A stretch of 56,567 nucleotides of DNA from Corallochytrium limacisporum Hawaii (lineage: Eukaryota > Protista > Pluriformea), in assembly GCA_002811645.1 (NCBI GenBank), contig PDIP01000054.1, forward strand, positions 1-56,567, given 5' to 3'. Below, piece after piece: positions 43,684 to 54,468 of this stretch (positions within the stretch are counted from its first letter, which is position 1; every line of letters starts with the position of its first letter). Position numbers and translations under genes: made by a program. A model generated the notes under the pieces. The model was not told the origin of the DNA. It did no database searches and saw only the letters and a program-made list of their open reading frames with translations.

Positions 43684-44584
43684 GCGCCAGCAACAGAGAG
43701 GCTCCTCGGCCAGTCAACAGCAAACCAGAGGCAGCAATGTCACCAGGAGCTCAACGGGTTCAAGTGGAACAATGCCATTGCCGACTGAGCACCATGTCCA
43801 AGGACCGCATGTTACGATCCCACCGGTGCCTGTGGTCGACAGAGCTGCGTTCCCGTCGGCGTTCATAGGTAGTGCGCCAAACCAGAATGTACCAAGCAGA
43901 GATGATGATCTTCAGGACATTATGGACGCATTCCCACAGTGTAGCCGCCCCGAGGCGGAACGTATGCTGAGCATGAATGGCAACGATGTAACATTGACGA
44001 TGGAGGCACTCTTAAAGAAATTCAACTCGCCGTCCCTTTCAGAGCCTGCTCCTGGAGCATTCTCAAAGTCTTGGTCTTCGGCACCTGTGTATGAAGGATC
44101 AGTAAAGGCAAAGGAGAAGATACCACAGCCCGCGGAGTCTACTCTATTCACAAAAATCTCTCCGGGAGGAATCAAGCCGTCTGAAACAGCCACTGGCAGT
44201 CGGAACCTTTCGGGCACTTCCGGCCCTTCCCTTGTGAAACCAAATCCATGGCAAACAAAATCATTGACGGACAGCGTGAACGGCGCTTTGGATCAAGGTG
44301 TGCGGTCACCACCAGAGGCGCAGTCTACGGCCACGCCTGAGGTACACAGTGAGGAAAATCCCAAGCTTCAATCCAAACCAGCAAGCGGCATCGCTCCCAA
44401 AACAATGTACCCTTACAGTGAAGAAGGCCGCAAAGCTCTTTTTGAGGCCCGCAAGAAGGAACTGTTGGAGTTGCAAAAGAAAAAGTTCCTAGAGCGATTT
44501 GAGGAGAAGAAGAAAGACGAAAAACAAGCACCTCTTGATCGGAGTCAAATTGAGAGCGGAGATCAAGCGCAGGAAGGAGCATGA
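42788..44584 (+). CDS. AUP1: AUP1-like lipid droplet/ERAD protein (acyltransferase-like domain, CUE/UBA-like domain, G2BR-like tail) with polyQ
   Basis: N-terminal hydrophobic segment, NHQSLLD (HxxxxD), PEG...GLLKF, CUE-like 'IMDAFPQ...SMNGNDVTLTMEALL', C-terminal helix 'FEARKKELLELQKKKFLE'. Confidence 0.75.
43616..43695 (+). repeat. (CAACAG)n repeat encoding a polyglutamine tract
   Basis: Alternating CAA/CAG codons; about 24 consecutive Gln in the ORF translation. Confidence 0.95.
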
Positions 44585-45403
44585 GCCCGGCTATGCAGTT
44601 TAGCCGTAGTTGTGGTAGCAGAATAAAAATGTGTTTGTGAGAAGGAGACATGAATGTTATAGAATATGGCTGGAAAGAAAACCAAGTTGCCCTGCGTTTC
44701 AAAACCACTGAACAACCACAGACATTTTCCAGCACTATCTTGCGTTGGTTTGACGGTGGATTCTAATCACGGTACAAAAAGATCAGGTCACCAACACCCC
44801 AACGCTCGTGCTAAAAGTGATGGTCTGGTCCTCAACACACAGGTTGAACCCACAATTATGCTTTAAACACCCTGACGCACAGACCATTATCCGTACTCCA
44901 TTTAAGCTACAGAAAGTTAGGCCGAAAGACAAACAAGGAACACAATTCCACCATCGCCGCCCACCTTGCGCAGTCCCCACTGTGCTCTTCTGGAAAACAC
45001 ACGCGGGAAAACGGTTATCCCTTGGCGCTCTCCAAATTGTGTGGGTGCGATGTGCGCAGAGGCCACCCCCTTTGAAGGGGGGGGGAGAGAAGAACCCTCT
45101 ATCGACTCTTGGCTCCCCCAGGCGGGTAGGTACGGGCCCGATGGACGGAGCGGGCACTCAACGTCTTGGCCAGCCAATGCGAGCACACACCGAGGACGCT
45201 TGGCACGACGTCCTGGAGTACAAAGAGTCACTCGAGGGCTTGTGGTTGAGCTTGGCGTCACATAACGGCATGGTACTTCGGGAGCCGAAAAATACAAGCG
45301 CAAGATGGCGCAAAAGCTACAGGACATCGGAATTAGAGACGTGAAAAGTTCCTAAGGACAACATAGTCAGCATGCATTTATCATAGCAGCATTGAAAAAC
45401 AAT

Positions 45404-47161
45404 ATGGACGGCAAACCGGTCCACTACGACTTTGACGTCGCCATTATTGGTGGCGGGGTGGCAGGAACGACCGCTGCTGAAGTATTGAGTGCTCTAGATG
45501 CGCAGGACGGTGCGGGTCGCCGGATCAAGATCGGCCTCGTTTCTGCTACCTCACAAATGAAGGTCGCCAACGTGCGCCAGCGACTCACAGAACGACTTGC
45601 CGACGTCAGTGTATCGGTAGTCTATAGCAACGACTTGGGTGGTGGTGGAGGCTCGTGGGGTCATGCAGAGATCGTGCTGGGACGGGTAATGGCTGTGGAT
45701 TCGAAGGGTCGAAAACTGATCTGCGAGCCACAAGGGCATGACAACGGCAACCGGCCACACGGGACCTTTATAGTCACCTACAGACGCCTACTGATTGCAT
45801 CAGGGGCCACACCGGTTGTTCCCAATATCATCAGAAATATCGTTAGAAGCGACTCCGAGGAATCCAAATTTGTGAGAGAAAGAGTTATCACAGTGCGGGA
45901 CACTGAAAGCATCGGTCGGCTAACTCAACGGCTGCTGTCGGAGAACACAGACACTGTAGCAGTGATTGGCAACGGAGGAATTGCATTGGAATTAATTCAA
46001 CTCCTCAAGGGCGCCATCTCAGTTCTCTGGCTTATCCGCAGCGACAGCGATAGCGAACAGAACGCATCTGTCGGTGCCAGCTACTTGGACGAAGGTGCCG
46101 CTCGCTTCTTTGTCCGCGATCTGGCAGAGGTTTGCATGCACAGCGACAGTGTCCATGTAGGAAACCGGTCACAAAGCACGAGAAACAGTCATGATGAGAA
46201 CGATTTTGCAGACGATAACTCGGCAAACAAGAAACCTCGGACACTAACAAACGATGGTAGTTTCGGACCGGCTTTGGGCCCTGGATGGTCGAATCAATTG
46301 AGGGACAAGCTCAAGGATCGGGTTCACACGAAGGGATCACAAAAACCGTTCCTCTGCCTTTGTCCCGGGATGGAGATTGAAGGAGTGATGCGCGACACGG
46401 GCGCTGGGAACAACGTCCGCTGTCTGCGACCTGCCAAGGATCAGGGCACCTCAGATCATCAGCACGCCCTTACGATCACCCTCACCGATGGCACTGCATA
46501 CTCCTGCGACCTGGTCGTCGCAGCTACCGGTGTGGAGCCGTGCGTGGGGTTCCTAAGTAATCCCTCTTGCACCATCCATGTCGACTCAGGTTCCCCAGAC
46601 CCCGAGCAAATCGGGGTAGCTGTAGATCACCGCTGCCGGAGTATCTCCGAATACACAGTCTACGCCGCGGGAGATTGTTGCAGTGTCCGGAGAAAGCAAG
46701 GCATCGCGGATGGGAAGATAGGACCATTGTGGTTCCAAATGCGCCTATGGAGCCAGGCACGAGCAATGGGACACTTGGCCGCACGACACATCTATGAGAG
46801 CCTGTGCAGATCTGGTGACAGCAGCGATGATGACGAAGATGATGATCTGCTGGACATGACCTTCGACCTCTTTACCCATGTGACAGAGTTCTTTGGTAAG
46901 AAAGTGGTGCTTCTTGGACTATATCGTGGCCAGGGTCTGGAGAAGAATCACTACGAAGTGCTGTTGCGCATTAGTGGGAACGAGGAGTACATCAAGGTTA
47001 TCGTGGGGAACGATGACGGAAAGGTGAAAGGTGTTACGCTCATCGGGGACACAGATCTGGAGGAAACATTTGAGAATCTCATTCTCAACGGCACAAACAT
47101 TTCACACCTGAAGGAAGGACTGCTGGATCCGGATGTTGACCTCGAGGATTACTTTGACTGA
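45404..47161 (+). CDS. PYROXD1: Pyridine nucleotide-disulfide oxidoreductase domain protein 1
   Basis: IIGGGVAG, RDTES, IGNGGIALE, GPALGPGW, YAAGD, WFQMRLWSQA, FTHVTEFFG, and C-terminal LLDPDVDLEDYFD characteristic of PYROXD1; ATG at 45404. Confidence 0.95.
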   Translation: MDGKPVHYDFDVAIIGGGVAGTTAAEVLSALDAQDGAGRRIKIGLVSATSQMKVANVRQRLTERLADVSVSVVYSNDLGGGGGSWGHAEIVLGRVMAVDSKGRKLICEPQGHDNGNRPHGTFIVTYRRLLIASGATPVVPNIIRNIVRSDSEESKFVRERVITVRDTESIGRLTQRLLSENTDTVAVIGNGGIALELIQLLKGAISVLWLIRSDSDSEQNASVGASYLDEGAARFFVRDLAEVCMHSDSVHVGNRSQSTRNSHDENDFADDNSANKKPRTLTNDGSFGPALGPGWSNQLRDKLKDRVHTKGSQKPFLCLCPGMEIEGVMRDTGAGNNVRCLRPAKDQGTSDHQHALTITLTDGTAYSCDLVVAATGVEPCVGFLSNPSCTIHVDSGSPDPEQIGVAVDHRCRSISEYTVYAAGDCCSVRRKQGIADGKIGPLWFQMRLWSQARAMGHLAARHIYESLCRSGDSSDDDEDDDLLDMTFDLFTHVTEFFGKKVVLLGLYRGQGLEKNHYEVLLRISGNEEYIKVIVGNDDGKVKGVTLIGDTDLEETFENLILNGTNISHLKEGLLDPDVDLEDYFD

Positions 47162-47237
47162 CTGGCGAACTTTCATATTAGAAGGAGTAACTGTAAAAGT
47201 TGTACAATTTGGTGAATTTCTTGTCTCTCTAATTGGA

Positions 47238-50200
47238 TTATGTTTGCGGCACTGGTAGGTGATTATCCTGCGACATCCCAGCCTCAACGTTGCTACCGCT
47301 CGTGCTCTGTTCCTGGCGGATTGCAGTCTCCTCCGCTGTCCTTGAGTAAGGCCGCTCGCCACGGTAGTGCACCCCACGGTGCAAACCAAATATTAGTAAC
47401 CTGTCGCAGGAGCGGAGGAAGGCACCAGTGGTTGGCGTCGTGTAAACGTACGGCAGGCGGTTGCCCAAAAATCCGCGCTCTCCAACCTTGTGGTTCGACC
47501 GTACGATGGCTGCAGGAAGCATGCGCCGATGCAGGACGAATTCGACAAAGAGTTCACCAAAGGTCCTACCGACAAACTCATCGGGAACGGTCTGGGCGAA
47601 TGGGCGGGCGGTCCGGAACGGCATCTTCAGTGAAATACTCGAGGCCGCACCCTCTACCCCCAAGGATTCATGTGATTCCCGCGGGGACGCCTCCTCGTCA
47701 CTGTCTGCATTTGTGGGGCGTAAGTTTCTGACCTCCTTAGGCAGAGGGCCAGGGTCCTTGCTGCCAGCACCGTCATGGGCAAGCCGCATGAGTGAACGGC
47801 GGGATGCGTTCGACATCCGTGACGAAGATCTGCTCTTCGGATGGCCGTGCTGCATGAGTGCGTGCATCTGCTCAAAGTAGGCCCTTGGATCATCGATCAA
47901 ATTCTCGATGAGACCCAAAGATGAAGGGGTGCGGAATGCCTGGTTCATAAAGGCATCAAGAATGAACGACGTGGTGATCTGACCTGAACTGTACATGGGG
48001 CGCAGAAAGAATTCCGGACTGGCTGCCTTGCTTGCGGCATGCAGGATGGAGGAGTCGGTGGGGTAGATGTAGTCAAACCGGCGAGAGGAGGTGGAGTTGA
48101 CCATCTGCACCATGAGCACAGTTGGTATGTACTGGAATATGCCACAACCCTTGCTGGGATCGTCCTCGTATTCACACCGAATGGTTCGGTCCTGGAGCAA
48201 TTCCACTGGTTCATCGATGCGATGACACCTGGGACATTCAACCCAGTGTCTCGTACAGCACCGGCAGTAATATGTCTGCAGCTTTGGGTCGATGATGTCT
48301 GCCTTCAGCAATGGTTCGTTGCACATAGGGCAGTAACTCGGGCTCTGGAGGGGCTGCATGAGCCTCATCAGGGACATGGCGCGCATGATCAAGAGTTTAT
48401 CATTCTCAGTGCCGAACGTGTCGGAGCCAACCTTAACGGCCATGTTGGATTGTACCAGAATGGCATAGGCATTCATAAGCAGCGGGCGCACGTTGGGTGT
48501 AGGTGACCCATCGGTATCATGCTGAACAATATACACCCGTTCGTGGCCCTCAAACTTTGCCACCAGATCCTGAGTTACCTTGTTGACCATGATTACAATC
48601 GGAATGTTGGTGTTCATGAAAGGAGGTCGCAAGAACCGCACCACAAGAGGCATCTCATCGCCTAATCCACGACCATGAACCAGAATTATTGGAGTCCGAT
48701 TGCGCTCCAAGGCAGCCACGACTCTTTCCAAGGAAACAACCTTGGATCCGAAATCACTCTTACTGATTATTTGTTGTACGTCCCGCAGCATGTGCTGGGC
48801 ATTGCCACCGTAAAGTATGTCACGAATCATATTCATAGTCCCAATCCGTTCTTCGTCCTCAGTGTACGCCTCCGTAGTCTCGCCAGCGAGCCTACGACGG
48901 TATTTGACGGTCATCTCGCTGGACTCTGTTCCGTCCGTTTTCTTCTCAGCACCCGAACCACCAGGGAACTCTTGCTCCTCCAGCAATGGCAGTCCCGGAG
49001 AATTCCAAAGATATCTCATGCCATCGTCAGTAACCTTGCATGAGCATGTGAATCCATGATACTTGGTTTCGGTCGGAGTGCTCTTCGTACCTAACATGCC
49101 TGCTCTGAGTGATGTAAACTTCGACAGCAGGGGGCCTAGCTCATCATCTTCCTGATGCTCGTCCTCGTCCCCTGATGGGTTGAGATGGTATTCGCCCAGA
49201 AAGGACTCCAGGATCTGCTCATTGCTCAGCACATATCTAGGATCCTTTAGCCAACGATCGAGAATCATTTGTGACATCGTTGCACTTCCAAACATGATCT
49301 GGTCGTACTGATTAATTTTCGAAATGGCTTCCTCATCTTCCGCAATGACAAAGATCTCATCTTGGCGGTTCAAAATATACTTGCCCAGACGTGGGAAGAT
49401 GATGGTACCGTAGCTGTAGTCCGAAAAATGAAGACCCGTTGCACGCTCATCATCGCTATCTGTGGCACCACTCTCCACGTCGTCTTCTTCTTCTTCAGTC
49501 TCAGATTCCTCTGCGAGCCCAACTGGAATCGCGCCACTGAATGACTTAGACAGCCGAGTTGATTCCCGCTCCTGCACACTGGATCGTGAAATACCGAGAA
49601 GGACAATGCCGTATTGCAAATAGATCAAAGTAGCCAGTCTGCAGAAGATAGCACCGTGCAATTTCGGCGGCAAGCGCAATTGATACAGCTCTTGAGAGCA
49701 CCCCTGGGCGTACTCCTTGATCCAATAGGGATAAGCGAGGTCCCGCTTAAAACTGAGATCGCGTTTAGCACCCATTAGATTAGCCAAAAAGGCATTTAGA
49801 CCCGGAGCCACCACGCTGGATGCAAGAATCGCAGCCTGAGTGCGTTCGATGGCAACTGCCCGATCCATTATGGGATTCCAGTGCGGCAAACTCTGTAGAT
49901 ACTTCACACTGCTTTCCTTCAGCAGAGTGGCATAGACCTGCAGACGACGACTGTAGTTCTTCAAACTGACAATCCTTGAAATATTTTCCTGATCCCGTCG
50001 GGATGCCACCTCACGTTCCGCAATACCCGCGAGAACAATGGCACATTTGGCACGGTCAGCAGCTGCGAGAGTCAGATCAGCCTCTGATTCAGTGTCACCG
50101 CAGACATAGTGAACCCTTCCCCGATATCTCGGTCGCTGGAAGACCGCTTGCAATTGTGCTGATGGTTGGACCGGGCACAGAATTACGATGCTAACCGATT

Positions 50201-51242
50201 GCGTCGAAAGGTAGTCTTCCATAAAGAATTCATCAAAAAAATCTCCCAACCGTACGTGGCTGGCATTGCCGCAAATTAAAATGTGTGGTCTGTTGGAGTC
50301 AGCCTTGAAAGCGAGGCGGTACGTGGACGCTTGTTGATATGCCTTGATAATATTGGCAATCTGCAGAGGGATAAGGACCACTGCCGACATGACAGTGATG
50401 GTAATGGTGAGCATGGTGAGCACAGTAGTGTATGGGATAAGGGGCCTACCCAGGATCAGAACCGTCATGTACATGAATACCTCATGAAACGGCTTGTTTG
50501 CACCACCCATGATCAGTAGATCGCGATAGAATCCCGCGGCACAAAATATCAAACTTAGCACAATGACAATCAAGCTTATTACTTCTCCTCGTACACTGGT
50601 CCTCAGATCTTCATTCGACCCCATCACCCGCAGATTCTTTGCAACCCTCAGAACTCGGACGAATTGCAGCACAAAAATCCGCTGTGCCTTGAAATATGGG
50701 AAATGGAATAGCAGCAGGTCTATGTGTGGCGCAATGGTCAACTCATCCACGATGGCTTCCATGCTCAAAAAGAATGCAAGCTTGTCCTGGGCCCGCAGAA
50801 ACAAGCGCACATAGTCAATGACAAAGTAGCTCGACAACAGTAGCTGCACACAGACCATTGTGTACTGGATATTTGCGTCCTGAATGTATGTGCGTGCCAC
50901 AAAGATGAGACACGCAATGGCAGATAGAGTGGTCTGCAGATGGATCATCACCCGCTCGCGCTTTGATTTTGACCGCGGTCGTCTGTGTCCCTGTTTGCGC
51001 GGTCCGGATCCGCCTCCAGCTCTGTTCATGACATAATAGTACTCCGAAAATGACACATGACGATTACGTATCAAACGGTAGAGAATTGTCAATGTAGGAC
51101 CGGCAAGTACGGAGAGAACCACAGCCGCGAAGAACTCATCTACGCCCATGGCTTCGTTCGGATCCACTGGTGGAAGGACCCGCAAGACAGTCATGGGATC
51201 TGCTTCCCCTGTCATGACCTTAGGTTCTGCAAACGGGTCCAT
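47238..51242 (-). CDS. Slo/BK-family (KCNMA1/KCNT-like) channel homolog with tandem RCK domains and an atypical pore
   Basis: S0-S6-like helices; S4 'LQFVRVLRVAKNLR'; RCK1 'HILICGN...FFDEFF', 'VVAPGLNAFLANL' and 'WIKEYAQGCSQELY'; RCK2 'PMYSSGQITTSFILDAFM', 'GRTFGELF' and 'YVYTTP...LRSCDRLLI'; first ATG at 51242. Confidence 0.85.
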   Translation of the reverse strand: MDPFAEPKVMTGEADPMTVLRVLPPVDPNEAMGVDEFFAAVVLSVLAGPTLTILYRLIRNRHVSFSEYYYVMNRAGGGSGPRKQGHRRPRSKSKRERVMIHLQTTLSAIACLIFVARTYIQDANIQYTMVCVQLLLSSYFVIDYVRLFLRAQDKLAFFLSMEAIVDELTIAPHIDLLLFHFPYFKAQRIFVLQFVRVLRVAKNLRVMGSNEDLRTSVRGEVISLIVIVLSLIFCAAGFYRDLLIMGGANKPFHEVFMYMTVLILGRPLIPYTTVLTMLTITITVMSAVVLIPLQIANIIKAYQQASTYRLAFKADSNRPHILICGNASHVRLGDFFDEFFMEDYLSTQSVSIVILCPVQPSAQLQAVFQRPRYRGRVHYVCGDTESEADLTLAAADRAKCAIVLAGIAEREVASRRDQENISRIVSLKNYSRRLQVYATLLKESSVKYLQSLPHWNPIMDRAVAIERTQAAILASSVVAPGLNAFLANLMGAKRDLSFKRDLAYPYWIKEYAQGCSQELYQLRLPPKLHGAIFCRLATLIYLQYGIVLLGISRSSVQERESTRLSKSFSGAIPVGLAEESETEEEEDDVESGATDSDDERATGLHFSDYSYGTIIFPRLGKYILNRQDEIFVIAEDEEAISKINQYDQIMFGSATMSQMILDRWLKDPRYVLSNEQILESFLGEYHLNPSGDEDEHQEDDELGPLLSKFTSLRAGMLGTKSTPTETKYHGFTCSCKVTDDGMRYLWNSPGLPLLEEQEFPGGSGAEKKTDGTESSEMTVKYRRRLAGETTEAYTEDEERIGTMNMIRDILYGGNAQHMLRDVQQIISKSDFGSKVVSLERVVAALERNRTPIILVHGRGLGDEMPLVVRFLRPPFMNTNIPIVIMVNKVTQDLVAKFEGHERVYIVQHDTDGSPTPNVRPLLMNAYAILVQSNMAVKVGSDTFGTENDKLLIMRAMSLMRLMQPLQSPSYCPMCNEPLLKADIIDPKLQTYYCRCCTRHWVECPRCHRIDEPVELLQDRTIRCEYEDDPSKGCGIFQYIPTVLMVQMVNSTSSRRFDYIYPTDSSILHAASKAASPEFFLRPMYSSGQITTSFILDAFMNQAFRTPSSLGLIENLIDDPRAYFEQMHALMQHGHPKSRSSSRMSNASRRSLMRLAHDGAGSKDPGPLPKEVRNLRPTNADSDEEASPRESHESLGVEGAASSISLKMPFRTARPFAQTVPDEFVGRTFGELFVEFVLHRRMLPAAIVRSNHKVGERGFLGNRLPYVYTTPTTGAFLRSCDRLLIFGLHRGVHYRGERPYSRTAEETAIRQEQSTSGSNVEAGMSQDNHLPVPQT

Positions 51243-52989
51243 AGTGCTTCTGTATTGCGCGTATACTGCCCTATACAGCGTAAGTTTGTTCTTCTGATTT
51301 GTCACAGCAAGTCTATTGCTGCACCTAGTGTGTTCCGATCATTGTCTCCGCTCGAAAAAGAAAGACCGTGATTCTGCCACTGTCTACCTCTACACAGCCG
51401 GGTTTACTCATCTGATCCATATAAAGCAGGTTCATCTTCAGCAATACGCTCCATGTACCAAATACCTAAGCCCCAATCTGCATCTTGTCATCCGCGTCAT
51501 CCCAAATGGATCCGTTGCAGATTGGAGGCGAGGGGAGGTGAGAGTTGTGTTGGCAACTGCACCGCTCGATTACAATGGAACATCCCAAATACTGTCCGGA
51601 CCAATGACATCCGGTAATAAATCAATGAGCAAAAAACTTGTCCATTCGCATCTGTCTCCGAACACAGTGACTTCACAGCCGATGGCAGCGGTGTTCCGTT
51701 TCGCAATGGAGAAATGCCCAGATGCCATATATTCATTTCTAATTATACTCACTACGTAGGGATGGGTAGGGTGTGTGCGTGTGTTCATCCGCAAGTTTGG
51801 AACCTCCCCGTTTGGCACTCTCGTTTTTTATCGTCCGGGACGGAGCCGGCAACCTGAATTTGTTTTAATGATATTAGATAGGGGTTTCAGCTAATGTAGA
51901 AGCGCAAGCCTGTGAAAGGTGTTGGCAAGGGTGAGAGAAGGTTTTACCCTCGCTTAAAAGTGCTGGAATTACATAGTACGTTCGTCATGCAGCATCGACC
52001 TCCTGCAACCAAAAGAGTCTGAGGCAGCACCCAGTGCCATGTACTTTTTCAACCGATCGCTAGCCCCAACCCTCGCAACACATCACACTCACGGAGCCTG
52101 GTTGCGAAACAAGGACTCCCACCATTCGCTTCACCCAACCCCGGTTTTCCATGGAGTGCTGGTGACATGGGCGTAGCCACGTTCGGATTGAAGCATTTGG
52201 AATGCCGTTTAGTGCCAAGCTTTAGTACACAACCGCACGTGAACGGTCTTGTTGTACACTCGTAATATACTGCCTTTTCGGCGATCCCGTACTCCGGTCC
52301 GTTCACTACGGCCAATTGGCCCGCAGGGAAGGGGGAGCTGGGCGGTTGTTCTGAGAGGACCCATCCGTTTCCTTTCTCGGATAATGCACTTGGAAATCAC
52401 TCTTGGTACTTAATGTACTCAACAAAACAACACTAAGGTAAACACTTTTCTGGCAGCGGTGCGCTGGCAAAAAAACTTGCGAGAGAGGTAGGGTGGGGGT
52501 GGGGTCTCCAAGGTCTTGGTGGATGTAGACACTCTATAGTGAATGTACGGTGTTTGCACTGGTTGCTGGTTCGTACCCGAGGGCTCATGGGGTATCGCAA
52601 CCCTGAGTCCCCACTCCGATAAACGGCCACGGGGCAGGTGCAAGTTTTGCCCTTCTTTAGTAGTGAGACCCCCTGCCCGGAGTGATAGATTGCAGTCGTA
52701 AATATCGCCAAAGAGAAAAAACAAAATAGAAAGGGGAGCTTTGAGACCAACCCTTGGGACAGGTATTTACGAACCTCATGTTATGACTTTACGACCTTCG
52801 TACGATAAAGCATATCCCCGTTCATAACATTAGCTGTGAGCTAATCGTCCGGGCAAAATAAACAGCTAACGGAACGATAGTACTCCACTATCATCTCAAG
52901 GTGGTCGGAAAGAAATCAAGTACCTTGTTTTGGTGGATAAGGGCAATTTTTTTTTAAAAAAACAAGGAACATAGCGAAGACTACTAACC

Positions 52990-54468
52990 ATGGTCGACCC
53001 TGCGACCTTGAAGCGGCTCAATGATGTCCGCACACGGAACAAAAATAATATGTGTTTCGACTGCGGCACGCACAATCCCCAGTGGGCTAGTGTGACTTAC
53101 GGAATATGGATTTGTCTGGGATGCTCAGGACAGCATCGAGCCTTGGGTGTTCACATTTCGTTTGTCCGTTCTATTACTATGGACAAATGGAATGAGATGC
53201 AGCTAAAGAAAATGGAAATGGGTGGCAATGCCAAAGCCGAGCAATACCTGACCTCTCAGAGCGACTGGAATCCCAATGCTTCTATTCAAGAGAAGTACAA
53301 TTGTCTTGCGGCAGCAACATATAAAGAAAAGTTGGCTGCAGAAGTGGAAGGTAGGCCTTTTAATCAGGCGAATGTGCAGGCACCGACCTTTAGCGCTTCT
53401 CAGTCGAAGCTGGGTGGACTTTCCGGCGCCAACAACTCGATCTCCAGTAGCCAAAACAACAACTTAGCAGCTTTCTACGGCGGAGGATCCGGAGTGGGCT
53501 CCCAGGGATCGATTGGCTCTGCGGGCGGTGGAGGCGGCCTTGGTTCAACAAACTTCCAGTCGGCATTCAATCGCAATGGCAGCACTAGCAACCTGAGTGC
53601 GTCGGGAGTGAACAGCCCCGGCAGCGGCAACGTGACTCCAGGTACGGATCCATACACCAAGGAACAGTACCAGCGAAGTGCAGCCAACAAGGACGATTTC
53701 TTTGCCCGCCGTCAGGCAGAGAATGCCAACCGTCGTGATGACCTGCCTCCGAGTCAGGGTGGCAAGTACCAAGGCTTCGGAAACACCAGCTACCAGGCCC
53801 CGGCCAATAATCAAGAGGACCCGTGGGGGCAGCTGTCCACCGCGTGGTCTGCCGTTACCGCCTTTACAAGCAAGGCCGCTGAGCAGAGTATGGAGTACGC
53901 CAAAAAGGTTAATGATGACTACATCAAACCAACTGCGGAAAAGATTCAGAACGGCGAGCTGAACGAACAGTTTAGCCAGTTCGCTCAGAAGATGCAACAG
54001 GGCACTCAGGACTCATGGGCACGGATCTCGGAATCCACTTCTCAGGGATTTGGTGGATTTGACTCCCAACAGCAACAGGGCGACAACGGCAGAGTCGGTA
54101 ACCAACGGGACACTCCACAAATGCAGCAAGTCAGTGGAGGACAATCCGCCGGCGTAGGTGGTTCCTCCGGTTTCGCGAGCACCAAGAACGGCAACAGCGG
54201 GGGATTCTCTTCAGGTGGTATGAACCAGCCGGCCCAGGGTAACGCTACGCGAAATTCCTGGGATGATTGGGGCGGCAAGGACTCCTGGGAAGCTCCTTCT
54301 TCTAAGCCTTCCACCCAAGCAACGACTACCTCTGCCCCGGTATCCGGGGGAGGTGGCTACGGTTCCATGGGATCCAGTGCTTCTACCAACAAGCCTGCCA
54401 GTGCTGCTGCTGCCGACCAGAAGAAGAGCGGTGGATGGGACAATGCTGGCTGGGACGACAGTTGGTAG
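52990..54468 (+). CDS. ARFGAP1: ADP-ribosylation factor GTPase-activating protein 1 (ArfGAP1/Gcs1)
   Basis: CFDC-x16-CLGC zinc finger, [22 protein letters not shown], '[14 protein letters not shown]', ALPS-like '[11 protein letters not shown]', Trp/Asp-rich C-terminus. Confidence 0.96.
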   Translation: MVDPATLKRLNDVRTRNKNNMCFDCGTHNPQWASVTYGIWICLGCSGQHRALGVHISFVRSITMDKWNEMQLKKMEMGGNAKAEQYLTSQSDWNPNASIQEKYNCLAAATYKEKLAAEVEGRPFNQANVQAPTFSASQSKLGGLSGANNSISSSQNNNLAAFYGGGSGVGSQGSIGSAGGGGGLGSTNFQSAFNRNGSTSNLSASGVNSPGSGNVTPGTDPYTKEQYQRSAANKDDFFARRQAENANRRDDLPPSQGGKYQGFGNTSYQAPANNQEDPWGQLSTAWSAVTAFTSKAAEQSMEYAKKVNDDYIKPTAEKIQNGELNEQFSQFAQKMQQGTQDSWARISESTSQGFGGFDSQQQQGDNGRVGNQRDTPQMQQVSGGQSAGVGGSSGFASTKNGNSGGFSSGGMNQPAQGNATRNSWDDWGGKDSWEAPSSKPSTQATTTSAPVSGGGGYGSMGSSASTNKPASAAAADQKKSGGWDNAGWDDSW

